From the IMG/VR virus record IMGVR_UViG_3300045988_175742: a stretch of DNA of 50,880 nucleotides. One strand, given 5' to 3'. Positions 1 through 8,462 of the stretch are shown here, one piece after another. Every line of letters begins with the position of its first letter. Positions within the stretch are counted from its first letter, which is position 1. The notes below the pieces were generated by a model. The model saw only the letters and a program-made list of their open reading frames with translations, did no database searches and had not been told where the DNA came from. Made by a program: the position numbers and the translations under genes. The DNA comes from a virus.

Positions 1-55
1 ATATAGAAAGGGGTGTAGGAATTTTTCCTATACCGTATGGGAATTTTTCCTATAC
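1..55. repeat. Terminal overlap: 1..55 identical to 50826..50880 (circular closure of the contig)
   Basis: Base-by-base comparison: atatagaaaggggtgtaggaatttttcctataccgtatgggaatttttcctatac occurs at both ends. Confidence 0.95.
18..55. repeat. Two direct copies of GGAATTTTTCCTATAC (18..33, 40..55), 22-bp period; candidate iterons
   Basis: Read directly; lies between the stop of the wHTH gene (55) and the helicase-loader gene across the junction. Confidence 0.7.
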
Positions 56-369
56 TAGTAGCCTCTCCACTTCTTATAATCAAGTACCTTTATAAATGTA
101 TTTTGAGGAGTTATTTTGTAATCTATATAGCCTTTATTTTTTAGGAATTCCATAAATTTCTTTAAGGTTTTATTGTCCCAACTCAAATTTTTTCTCATTT
201 CTATTTGTGTGGTTGTAAAGGTTCCTGCCTCTCCATACTTATCATCAAAATAAGCCTTAAAGAGGCAATAGGAAAACAGAGTCCATGCTTTTGAATTTTT
301 AATAATAGGATCATTCACCAGCTCGTTTGAAAATCCTGTGTACCCTTTCTTTACCTCTTTTTCAGCCAT
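55..369 (-). CDS. Winged-helix replisome-organizer-like protein (tentative)
   Basis: 104-aa ORF, RBS AAGAGG 8 nt upstream; weakly resembles the N-terminal domain of phage replisome organizers; sits in the replication module. Confidence 0.45.
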   Translation of the reverse strand: MAEKEVKKGYTGFSNELVNDPIIKNSKAWTLFSYCLFKAYFDDKYGEAGTFTTTQIEMRKNLSWDNKTLKKFMEFLKNKGYIDYKITPQNTFIKVLDYKKWRGY

Positions 370-381
370 TGATTAAACCTC

Positions 382-657
382 TTATTCTACATACTTTTCT
401 TGATAATCACTTATATAGATTTCTCTATGATTTCCTTGTGTATCACCATAAATCAGTCCTTCATCATATAGTTTCTTTAATGATGCTTTGAACTTGTTTT
501 CACTGATTGGCAAGTCTAGATTTCTAATGTCCAATTCTAAATATCCGCTATAATCACAATTGAATAATAGATAAGTGAAAGTCCATAGAGAGTATGTATC
601 TCTATAGGCTTTTGTACTTGTAAATGATTGAGGAAGTATAATGTAATCTTCTTGCAT
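382..657 (-). CDS. Hypothetical wHTH-like protein, distant paralog of 55..369
   Basis: 91-aa ORF, RBS AGGAGG; shares a W-T/L-F-x-Y-L/C-LF segment with the neighbouring ORF. Confidence 0.5.
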   Translation of the reverse strand: MQEDYIILPQSFTSTKAYRDTYSLWTFTYLLFNCDYSGYLELDIRNLDLPISENKFKASLKKLYDEGLIYGDTQGNHREIYISDYQEKYVE

Positions 658-668
658 CCTATTACCTC

Positions 669-1658
669 CTACATTGACATTGGGTCAAAGTCATCAACCG
701 GAACTTTTTCAGCTTGTTTTTCTTCATTGATGATATCTTGCATTGTTGGTGCAGTAGTTGCTTCAATTGCTTGAGGCGTTTCTTTTTCAGTAGCAACTCC
801 ATCAATGATGTTTTCATCTTCAAAATGAGGATTTAAGTTTTCATCTATTACTGCATTATCTGAAGTGATAGCTTTTTCAATTGCTTCAGTTGATAATAAA
901 GCATGTTTTGATAATAATTGACGAAGCATTGTTTTCTTGGCCATTTCATCAAAGTTCTTATACCAAAAACTTGAATATTGCCATTCAGTTTTAGGATCAT
1001 ATTTTCCAGCTTCATAATCAGCATATGAAACTTTAGGATATTGTCCTGTTGTTGCTTCTTTAGAAAATGCTTGTGAATACTTATCAGCGTGATTAAGCAT
1101 TTTTTCTTTCGACCAATATAAACGTTTGATATATCCATTTTTCATTTCAAAATAAGCCATGTAACCAACTACTGGCAGATTTTCTCTTACATCATCATCT
1201 TGAACAAATTCAAACTCTGGCTTACCAGTTAACTTATTGCGCCCTTTATATTCTCCTTCTCTAATTTCCATAGCATCAATATCAACATATTCGTTGGATC
1301 TGATTGCTAATTGAAGATATCCTTTATAACCAATTTGGAATTGTGCTTCTGTACATTTCTTTTTTTTGTTTTTATAAGGGACCATGTAGAAATAGCCTAA
1401 TTGAGGGCTAGGTTTAAGATGTAAACTTTGCCCTAGTAATGCTGCACTGATGATTGTTTGTGGATCGCATTCAGCTAATGCAGGATTTGTATTAACCGCA
1501 CTTGTAATTGATGTGATAAATTCTTGTGAATCAGTTGCACCAACCATTTGATGGATTTTAGTTCTCATGAGATTTGAATTGATTAAATTGTTAAATTTTT
1601 TGATACCAGTTGCTACTGGATTTTTAGTTGCTTGTTGTACCATGCTTTGTACTGCCAT
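669..1658 (-). CDS. recT: RecT-family single-strand annealing recombinase
   Basis: 329 aa; LGYFYMVPY...QFQIGYKGYLQLAIRS core typical of RecT; paired with a YqaJ exonuclease; acidic tail DDFDPMSM. Confidence 0.9.
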   Translation of the reverse strand: MAVQSMVQQATKNPVATGIKKFNNLINSNLMRTKIHQMVGATDSQEFITSITSAVNTNPALAECDPQTIISAALLGQSLHLKPSPQLGYFYMVPYKNKKKKCTEAQFQIGYKGYLQLAIRSNEYVDIDAMEIREGEYKGRNKLTGKPEFEFVQDDDVRENLPVVGYMAYFEMKNGYIKRLYWSKEKMLNHADKYSQAFSKEATTGQYPKVSYADYEAGKYDPKTEWQYSSFWYKNFDEMAKKTMLRQLLSKHALLSTEAIEKAITSDNAVIDENLNPHFEDENIIDGVATEKETPQAIEATTAPTMQDIINEEKQAEKVPVDDFDPMSM

Positions 1659-1708
1659 ATTAATTAATCTCCTTTACGTTATATTTATTGATCACTCCTG
1701 TTTGAGGA

Positions 1709-3124
1709 TCACTTAATTCTTTTTTCAGTTAGCTTCACTTCACCGAAATTGAATGTTGGATTGATGTTCTTAATTACATCCATGTATCTGTTCAACATTT
1801 GAAGAGCTGCTAAATCGCCTTCAAATTCAAATGTTTTCTTCCATGTTCTGCCTTGGAACTTTTCAGGCGTTTGCTTGATTTCAGTAACGATATACTTATC
1901 ATTTACGTTAGCAATCGTTTCATCACCACGCTTAATTGGTGTGTATTTAGGTTGATTTTCAACTGTTTGAGAAGCTTGTTTTTTGACTGCTTCCAACTCT
2001 TTTTGGTGTTGAAGTTCTGCTTCTTTTTGTTTCTTTTCAAACTCTTCCTTTTGATGTTGAAGTTCTGCTTCTTTTTGTTGAGCAACCGCTTGTGATTGCT
2101 TTTTGATGTTGTCTACTTCATCAGTAATCATTACAGTTACTTTAGGAAGACCTTCAGTATTTAAAAGAGCTTGATATTTTTCTCGTGAAATAAGCTTTTC
2201 ATCAACATTTGCAATAAGACATGCATTGATGATTGTTTTTTCAACCATTTCTAAATTCAATTTGTCATTCTTTTCTTTTTCCATTAAAGCATTGAATTGT
2301 GCTTCAACTTGTTCTTCAAATTTCTTTTTGGATGTTGAAGCGTTAAGCCATTTTTCATCAAAAACGAACTGATCAGCATATTCCTTTGAAATCATCTTTC
2401 TAGAAATTAATACTTCTTTTAGTTGATCAATAGCTGCTTGACGTTCTTTTCTAAGAGCTTCTTTTTGCTTTTGAACATACACATCTACATTTTCAGCCAC
2501 AACACTTGCAGTATCATTTAAAGCTTTAACAACTTTATTTACCTTTGCTTCAAATTCTTGATAAGGCTCAATGTATGCTTTTTTGACTGTTTTTCTTTCA
2601 TTTTCTAATTTTTTAGCATACGAACGATATAATGGAACCATTCCAGTTTTAGCTTTAACAAAATCTTTGTAGTTCTTTTCATCTACAACCACACCTTTTT
2701 TAGCTTCAATTGCTGGAATCAATTTGACAATTTCATCAATATTTGAAACAATCGCTTCATTTGCTGGTCTTTTTTGAACTTCTAATGAAAGGTGCTTTTC
2801 ATCAATGTCAACGTGTTCTTCAATAACTTCAGCTTTGGCCTCAACGACCTTTTCTTCTTCAGTTGGTCTAAAGAATTCGATGACGCTGACAACTCTATAG
2901 CGTTCATCTAACACTTGATTAGCTGGTTGCCAGAAGATTGCATTGTCTTGTTTTAAAATGACAAACGCTTTATTTCCTGGATATGTTAATTTGACTACTG
3001 GTTCCCCGTTTACAAGAAAGCAGTTATTGATTGATAAGAAATTGATTACTTTTTCAAATTCTTCTTTGGTTGTAATTTTTACAGCTACCAATTCATTGAG
3101 TAGCCCTGATTGAAACTCATTCAT
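1709..3124 (-). CDS. DUF1351-like phage protein (commonly adjacent to RecT)
   Basis: 471 aa, coiled-coil rich, position next to recT; family recalled from memory. Confidence 0.6.
   Translation of the reverse strand: MNEFQSGLLNELVAVKITTKEEFEKVINFLSINNCFLVNGEPVVKLTYPGNKAFVILKQDNAIFWQPANQVLDERYRVVSVIEFFRPTEEEKVVEAKAEVIEEHVDIDEKHLSLEVQKRPANEAIVSNIDEIVKLIPAIEAKKGVVVDEKNYKDFVKAKTGMVPLYRSYAKKLENERKTVKKAYIEPYQEFEAKVNKVVKALNDTASVVAENVDVYVQKQKEALRKERQAAIDQLKEVLISRKMISKEYADQFVFDEKWLNASTSKKKFEEQVEAQFNALMEKEKNDKLNLEMVEKTIINACLIANVDEKLISREKYQALLNTEGLPKVTVMITDEVDNIKKQSQAVAQQKEAELQHQKEEFEKKQKEAELQHQKELEAVKKQASQTVENQPKYTPIKRGDETIANVNDKYIVTEIKQTPEKFQGRTWKKTFEFEGDLAALQMLNRYMDVIKNINPTFNFGEVKLTEKRIK
2004..2079. 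repeat. Tandem 28-bp duplication with 48-bp period inside the DUF1351-like gene
   Basis: tg(g/a)tgttgaagttctgcttctttttgtt at 2004..2031 and 2052..2079; encodes QKEAELQHQKE twice. Confidence 0.85.
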
Positions 3125-3141
3125 TTTTTTCCTTCTCCCTT

Positions 3142-3858
3142 CTACGATAAAAACTTATTTATGAAATACACTTGACCTTTACCTGTTACTTTAGTAGTCA
3201 ATGTAATTCTTGTACTTCCATCTGGATTAGTAATTGTTCTTTCTTTGACTTCAAACAATCCAAGATCCATTGATTTTTGTGTTGGCTGATTGTAACGTTC
3301 ACCCTTTTTAATTAGATATCCGTTCTCTCTTAGATACTCAAATAAACGATTTTGACCAATCTCGTATCCGTTTTGTCTGATAAGCTTTGCCAACTGACCA
3401 ATCAAGATTGATTCATTGCTGGCACTTACTGCATCAGCAAATAGAGCTTTAGGTTTCAATTCTTTATTTTCTTTAATCAAGCCTTGTTTTTCTTCCATCA
3501 AAGCTTTTACTTGTTTTCTTGAATACTCAAGTGCTCTATTCATTACAGCTTCAGGACTGTTCCATCTTCTTTCCAATTCCAAGAAGTATTGGCGAACTTC
3601 TTTTCCTTTATCACTTCGTTGGATCATTGCAATTTCTTTTGCCATGTCGAGAGTGATTTCATAATCTTGAAGTTCTTGATGAGCTTGGGTGTTAAAAACT
3701 TTACGCCCTAAATAATCAATGCTTTCTTGAAATCCATATTGGTTCATACGTTCAAACCAATTTCCAAATCTTTCAGTAACTCCTAAAAACTTATGAAGTT
3801 CTCTTGCAGACAATGTAATGCGGTCATTGTCATAATTGACTTTTAATAGTTCATTCAT
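3142..3858 (-). CDS. Phage antirepressor (AntA-like N-terminus, KilAC-like C-terminus)
   Basis: 238 aa; SARELHKFLG...NWF and LFADAV...IGQLAKLI...GYLIKK motifs. Confidence 0.8.
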   Translation of the reverse strand: MNELLKVNYDNDRITLSARELHKFLGVTERFGNWFERMNQYGFQESIDYLGRKVFNTQAHQELQDYEITLDMAKEIAMIQRSDKGKEVRQYFLELERRWNSPEAVMNRALEYSRKQVKALMEEKQGLIKENKELKPKALFADAVSASNESILIGQLAKLIRQNGYEIGQNRLFEYLRENGYLIKKGERYNQPTQKSMDLGLFEVKERTITNPDGSTRITLTTKVTGKGQVYFINKFLS

Positions 3859-3913
3859 ATAGACTCCCCTTTCTTCTTTTAGTTTTTATTAAATAATATT
3901 TGGTTTAAATGGG

Positions 3914-4108
3914 TTACTTGCTTATCGCATAACACCAACAAGCAAATAAACAAATGAATATGATAGTTGTAATTACCAGCTCTACATTTTCATGTTTGGA
4001 AATACGCATATCTTTGATAGTTTTATATGCGTTGTTAAGCAAACATGATATTTCAAGTAAAGTAACTGCTATCGATAACAAAGAAATAATAGCTTTCCAA
4101 AATAGCAT
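3914..4108 (-). CDS. Small two-TM membrane protein
   Basis: 64-aa hydrophobic ORF in the early operon. Confidence 0.55.
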   Translation of the reverse strand: MLFWKAIISLLSIAVTLLEISCLLNNAYKTIKDMRISKHENVELVITTIIFICLFACWCYAISK

Positions 4109-4124
4109 TTCTCTTAGGTCCTTT

Positions 4125-4841
4125 CTAACTGACTTCTTTTAATTCCTTGTTTCTGTTTTCAAGGAATGGCGGTGGCGTTTTTGTTTTAATCAAGTTCCAG
4201 TACCACAATTCAGTTTTAAATAGATATTTAGCATCTAGTACCAAATCATCATAATGTAGATAAACAACTCTTGTTTCTTGCTTTCCTATGCCGTTATTTG
4301 CCCAAGGAATATCAAGAATGGCATATAGGACAAAATGTCTTAATCCCGTTGTAATCATGTAATGCAGAACTTGGAAGTAGTAGCATATTGGAATATGATC
4401 ATTAGTCCACTCTTTGAGCATTGCTCCGTTTTGAATGGTTGTTGATTTTATCTCCAATCCCCATTTTTCTTTGGTTGCAATCTCAATCATTGCCCCATCA
4501 AGATTTGCTCTAAGAAAAGGATATTTCTTGTTAGATAAACTGATATCCTTTGTGTCAACCAGTTCAAACTTGTTTTTATAGAGCACTCCGAACAATTCAA
4601 TGAGGATAGGTTCTAATGCATTGCCCTTTTCAATTGCTTCACTTGTTTGAAATACTGGCTTTTTAGTGCCTGTCTTTTCTTCCCATAATTCATAGGGAGT
4701 CTTGTAATTGTTTACGTTCATTACAATTCCTGCATCAGAACCACCGATTCCTTTTCCTCTTAGACTATGCCAATGTTTTTCATCTTTTACATAGTCAATG
4801 TTGCAGTTAGGAAAAAACTCCTCATAGTTCGTAATTGCCAT
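4125..4841 (-). CDS. YqaJ-type (lambda Exo-like) recombination exonuclease
   Basis: 238 aa; GIGGSDAGIVMNVNNYKTPYELWEEKTG and LEIKST motifs. Confidence 0.85.
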   Translation of the reverse strand: MAITNYEEFFPNCNIDYVKDEKHWHSLRGKGIGGSDAGIVMNVNNYKTPYELWEEKTGTKKPVFQTSEAIEKGNALEPILIELFGVLYKNKFELVDTKDISLSNKKYPFLRANLDGAMIEIATKEKWGLEIKSTTIQNGAMLKEWTNDHIPICYYFQVLHYMITTGLRHFVLYAILDIPWANNGIGKQETRVVYLHYDDLVLDAKYLFKTELWYWNLIKTKTPPPFLENRNKELKEVS

Positions 4842-4938
4842 TTTCCAGATCCTTATTGCATTGTGCTAATTCCTGATTGAGATAACCAAGTTGAAGATAA
4901 TCATCACTATCTAGATGATCCTTGCACTCCATACACAT
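4822..4938 (-). CDS. Small hypothetical ORF (38 aa)
   Basis: ATG with GAGGG RBS 7 nt upstream; MCMECKDHLDSDDYLQLGYLNQELAQCNKDLENGNYEL. Confidence 0.35.
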   Translation of the reverse strand: MCMECKDHLDSDDYLQLGYLNQELAQCNKDLENGNYEL

Positions 4939-4954
4939 GATTGAACCCTCAATA

Positions 4955-5328
4955 TCAGCAACTCTTTCTTCTAATTCTTTCTTTTTCATCTTCTAATGCT
5001 CCTTTAAATTGTTCTTGGATGTAGTTATTCAATTCATTACAGCAATGATTGAAAGCATTTTTTGCTGGTGTAAACATTTCTTTGACCTTTTCAATGTCAA
5101 TATCAATTGGTGCCATTTCTAGAAAAATACTTCCTAAGAAACACCAATCATCAGTTGGCATAACTTTAAGTTCATCACCTTCTTTTTTGATTCCAACTTC
5201 TAATTTGAGTAATGGAATCATTGGTCTTTCTACAGGTTCATTTTCTGCTGAACCAACTTGAACAACTTTGACATTTGCACCTGCAGCTTTAGCTGTTTGG
5301 ATAATGTCTTCTAAATCTTTTTTGTCAT
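4955..5328 (-). CDS. Hypothetical protein; upstream start at 5328 requires a -1 shift at A_AAA_AAG (5317..5323); otherwise starts at ATG 5221
   Basis: Strong RBS AGAGAGGAA plus ATG at 5328 gives only MTKKI* in frame 0; the -1 frame is open from there into the 88-aa ORF. Confidence 0.5.
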
Positions 5329-5331
5329 ATT

Positions 5332-5604
5332 CTATTCCTCTCTTTTTATATAGATTTCTACTGTGTACTTTTGCATTTTTGGGCTGTCAACAAAGATATC
5401 TATCTTGTTGCCCTTAATCGCTCCTCCGCAGTCTTGAGCTACGTATTCCTTGCCATTGATTAAAACTATGGAACCATAAGGAATGATTGAAGAATCTACC
5501 GCTATGGTTCTTCCTTCTTCAGCAATAGCACCTGTAGAAGTTAAACGACCGTAAATATCTTCTCCAGGCCAATAGTAAGTAACAGTAAATTGGCCAAGAG
5601 TTCT
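5332..5604 (-). CDS. 3D-domain (RlpA/MltA-like) segment with no start codon of its own; in frame with 5605..5859 across a TGA
   Basis: Hand translation: RTLGQFTVTYYWPGEDIYGRLTSTGAIAEEGRTIAVDSSIIPYGSIVLINGKEYVAQDCGGAIKGNKIDIFVD. Confidence 0.7.
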   Translation of the reverse strand, partial: RTLGQFTVTYYWPGEDIYGRLTSTGAIAEEGRTIAVDSSIIPYGSIVLINGKEYVAQDCGGAIKGNKIDIFVDSPKMQKYTVEIYIKREE

Positions 5605-5859
5605 TCATTTTTGAAGCTCTTCTAATTGAGCTATGAGATACTTGTTATCCTCTTGAACACTGTCATATAAATCTTCAAAGCGATTCTTATCAGATAAAGC
5701 ATCACTGTAATAATCTTCCAAAAGAGAAATCTTTCCCTTTTGTTGTTGAATCTTTGTTTCATATGCATCCAACTTGTTTTGGTAATAACAGATTGGAGCG
5801 ATGATACAAAACATCACTAATATTGAAATAAGAAAATATGTTCTTTTTTTGACTTTCAT
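5605..5859 (-). CDS. N-terminal TM anchor plus coiled coil; probable N-terminal part of the 3D-domain protein
   Basis: 84-aa ORF, RBS AAAGGAGA; ends ...LEELQK-TGA and continues in frame into the 3D domain. Confidence 0.7.
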   Translation of the reverse strand: MKVKKRTYFLISILVMFCIIAPICYYQNKLDAYETKIQQQKGKISLLEDYYSDALSDKNRFEDLYDSVQEDNKYLIAQLEELQK

Positions 5860-5905
5860 ATTGCATTTTCTCCTTTAATGACTTAGAATTTACTTGTTAT
5901 GTTGA

Positions 5906-5930
5906 GTGCCTAGAAATAGGCACCTTTTTT
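5906..5930 (+). terminator. Hairpin GTGCCTA-gaaa-TAGGCAC followed by T6 on the plus strand
   Basis: Read directly; orientation is antisense to the surrounding minus-strand genes. Confidence 0.4.
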
Positions 5931-6018
5931 ATATACTCCTGACTATGATTGCTAAACAGTTAGCGATAAAACAACCGATAATAATGATTGTGGCCAATCC
6001 TCTTGCCGAAAGCTTCAT
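5929..6018 (-). CDS. Small hydrophobic peptide (29 aa)
   Basis: GGAGGTG RBS 6 nt upstream of ATG; MKLSARGLATIIIIGCFIANCLAIIVRSI. Confidence 0.4.
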   Translation of the reverse strand: MKLSARGLATIIIIGCFIANCLAIIVRSI

Positions 6019-6021
6019 AAG

Positions 6022-6414
6022 TTACACCTCCTTTTCGTTTACTTCAAACATTGCAATGTATTCACATCTTTTAAGAAACCCTTTCTCATAAGTTGTAAGA
6101 CCACCTGATAGAAATAAGTTTTTAACTTCTGCTTCAAATCTTCCTGATTCATAGCCCAATTCAAAACGATTTCTTGGATAATCTTCTCTTTGAGAAATTC
6201 TAAGAATTGCTAGAAATTTTTTATCTATTTCACTCTTGATCATTTCTCTATCCGCACGAATCAGCATTTTTCTATCCCTTCTATCTTTGGCAATCTTATT
6301 TGCCAATTCATAGTAGGATTTTTGATACCATTTGAATTCCTTTAACATGTGTACTAAAACCGCAATGACAACAAACAAAATACAGCAGATGATAATTAAT
6401 GAATTTTTACTCAT
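6022..6414 (-). CDS. Membrane-anchored hypothetical protein
   Basis: ORF 6022..6435; start at MSKNSL has a better RBS; N-terminal TM helix. Confidence 0.6.
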   Translation of the reverse strand: MSKNSLIIICCILFVVIAVLVHMLKEFKWYQKSYYELANKIAKDRRDRKMLIRADREMIKSEIDKKFLAILRISQREDYPRNRFELGYESGRFEAEVKNLFLSGGLTTYEKGFLKRCEYIAMFEVNEKEV

Positions 6415-6585
6415 AAATTTTCTTTTCCTTTCCATTACTAGCCATCAAGGAACCAACCTCTTAAATAAAAACTTGTATGGTATTAGTTTTTTTATGTCTG
6501 TAGTTAGTAAATCATCAATGCTATTTTGTTATCGGAGGCCTTTGAGATTGGCTCCTTGATGACCAGTAATCTATTTATTTTTTAA

Positions 6586-6777
6586 TTAAGAACTTTTTTG
6601 ATACTGTTCTTCGATATAATCATCTAGAACACTTTTAGCAATCAAAGAACCGTTCTTATCTGGAATATGTCTTAGCTTGTTACTTTTGACTAAGTCACAC
6701 GTTCTGTTAATTCCAATTCCTAAATAGGACGCTGCTTTCTTTACTGAAAACAATGGACCATATAGTTCTCTTGCCAT
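6586..6777 (-). CDS. Excisionase-type HTH DNA-binding protein
   Basis: GGAAAGGAGAGG RBS before MARELYG; FSVKKAASYLGIGINRTCDLVKSNKL resembles an Xis/MerR-type HTH. Confidence 0.55.
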   Translation of the reverse strand: MARELYGPLFSVKKAASYLGIGINRTCDLVKSNKLRHIPDKNGSLIAKSVLDDYIEEQYQKSS

Positions 6778-6793
6778 GATTACCTCTCCTTTC

Positions 6794-7030
6794 CTAAATT
6801 CCAAGTAAGATAGAACCTTCAAACCTTTTTCTTAATGAATGTTTTACATAATGAAGTTCTTCATCTTCTAAAGTTTCCATGTTTAGAATTTCTAAAATTT
6901 GATTTAGAACACCAACGTAATCATTAATGATTTGTTCTGTTGTTTTTTCTTCTCTTCTTTCTTTGACATTGATGTAAGCTGTTGAACCATTAATAATTCT
7001 TTCTAGATATTGTTCTCTTGTTTCATCCAT
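6794..7030 (-). CDS. Hypothetical early protein
   Basis: 78-aa ORF directly downstream of the cro-like gene. Confidence 0.55.
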   Translation of the reverse strand: MDETREQYLERIINGSTAYINVKERREEKTTEQIINDYVGVLNQILEILNMETLEDEELHYVKHSLRKRFEGSILLGI

Positions 7031-7137
7031 AGTTTTTTTCTCCTTTCTTTAAACTCCAAATGTTTGTATTTAATAGAGTGTCTTTTTAGGAAACCTCATT
7101 AAATATCAGTTAAAATATGTTTGTGCTTGATAGAAAA

Positions 7138-7153
7138 TTAACGTTTGCGTTAA
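7138..7153. promoter_or_regulatory. Operator-like palindrome TTAACGTTTGCGTTAA at the 3' end of the cro-like gene
   Basis: Same motif recurs at 7376..7391; a half-site is at 7412..7424. Confidence 0.55.
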
Positions 7154-7362
7154 GTGTTGGGTAAAATATATAGTTCCTCCATTGGTATTTTTAATACCTG
7201 AGAAACCATAAGTAATTCCTTGCCTTCAAAATCTACAATGCCACGTTCCTTTTTAGAATAAGTAACCGTGGAGCATTTAAGCATTTCAGACATCTGTTTT
7301 TGCTTGATGTCTAACTCAACACGTCTTGCTTTAATTTTCCTTGTGTTAATTTTTGCATTCAT
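7150..7362 (-). CDS. Cro-like XRE-family HTH regulator
   Basis: 70 aa; QKQMSEMLKCSTVTYSKKERG HTH; divergent from the CI-like gene. Confidence 0.8.
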   Translation of the reverse strand: MNAKINTRKIKARRVELDIKQKQMSEMLKCSTVTYSKKERGIVDFEGKELLMVSQVLKIPMEELYILPNT

Positions 7363-7375
7363 CGTTTCACCTCTC

Positions 7376-7432
7376 TTTACGTTTGCGTTAACTTTACATT
7401 ACTATAGTAACTTAACGCAAATTGAAAGTCAA
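7376..7432 (-). promoter_or_regulatory. Early promoter (TTGACT, 17 nt, TACTAT) interleaved with operator copies TTTACGTTTGCGTTAA and TTAACGCAAATTG
   Basis: -35 at 7427..7432, -10 at 7404..7409 on the minus strand; operators at 7376..7391 and 7412..7424. Confidence 0.55.
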
Positions 7433-7535
7433 TAATAAATTATAATATTTGTTAAGTTTGCTCTAATCTTTTTTACTTTTATTATAAAAAATGTTAATTT
7501 TAATATAAGAAAAAGATTGTTTAGGAGGCTTAAAA

Positions 7536-7982
7536 ATGAATTATGATAGACCAGGAGATAGAATAAAAAAATTAATAAAAAAGAATGGACTTTCGCAAAA
7601 AGAATTTGTGGAAAAATTTAATGAAAAGTATGGTTATTCAGATTCTGAAGCAACAGTCTCTCAATATGTAAACAATAAGCGAACACCTGAAATTGACAAA
7701 ATGGTAAAAATTGCAAATTTCTTCAATGTAACACTTGATTACATAATGTGTAGAACTGATGTTGATAGTGATATGTCTATTTACGACAAACCAAAGAAAA
7801 ATACATCTAAATCAAACATATCTTTCTCTACTCCACAAGAAGCCTTAAGCTTCATTTTAAAACAAGAAATGGTAGCCGATTTTGGTGGGTATGATTTAGA
7901 AAATATGTCTGATGATGAAATCATGGAAATGGCAGATGATATTGCTGATATGTTGAAGATTATATCTAGAAAGCACAAATAA
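7536..7982 (+). CDS. CI-like XRE-family repressor
   Basis: 148 aa; N-terminal HTH (LSQKEFVEKFNEKYGYSDSEATVSQYVNNKRTP); divergent from cro-like; followed by ImmA. Confidence 0.8.
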   Translation: MNYDRPGDRIKKLIKKNGLSQKEFVEKFNEKYGYSDSEATVSQYVNNKRTPEIDKMVKIANFFNVTLDYIMCRTDVDSDMSIYDKPKKNTSKSNISFSTPQEALSFILKQEMVADFGGYDLENMSDDEIMEMADDIADMLKIISRKHK

Positions 7983-8008
7983 TATTAATTAAGGGAGTGT
8001 GCTTATGG

Positions 8009-8449
8009 ATGAATATAAACAGTAAAATAGAAGCTCTATTTTATGAATTTAAAACATCAAATGTAAAAGAAATTGCTGATCACTTGGATATATCTATCCA
8101 GTATCAAGATTTCAAAGCAAAAACTTTAGATTCAAGACTGATGATTGTTGATTCTAAAGGCTACATATTTGTAAGAAGTGATTTAGATTGTGCGTATGAA
8201 AACTTTCTTATAGCACACGAGTTAGGACACTACGTCCTGCATTATGATGAAAACATCAGTTTTAATTTTCTAAGGCGAGTCTATAAAACTCGTTTAGAAA
8301 GAGAAGCAAATGAATTTGCTATTAGATTACTGATGTTCGAAGAACTACATAATATAAAAGATATTGAAAATATTGAATTTATTGTAAAAGAAAAAGGAAT
8401 ACCGCTTAAAGTGTGGTATTCGTTGAATGAGAAAATAACGATTGATTAA
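8009..8449 (+). CDS. ImmA/IrrE-family zinc metallopeptidase
   Basis: HELGHYVLH and EREANEFAIRLLM motifs; directly downstream of the repressor. Confidence 0.8.
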   Translation: MNINSKIEALFYEFKTSNVKEIADHLDISIQYQDFKAKTLDSRLMIVDSKGYIFVRSDLDCAYENFLIAHELGHYVLHYDENISFNFLRRVYKTRLEREANEFAIRLLMFEELHNIKDIENIEFIVKEKGIPLKVWYSLNEKITID

Positions 8450-8462
8450 AGGAGTGATTTAT

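Noticed and set aside
848-2095. Track ORFs 848..1138 (-), 1853..2095 (+) and 1903..2085 (-)
   Set aside because: They are alternative-frame or antisense ORFs inside recT and the DUF1351-like gene, and their low-complexity K/F/L-rich products are driven by AT-rich sequence.
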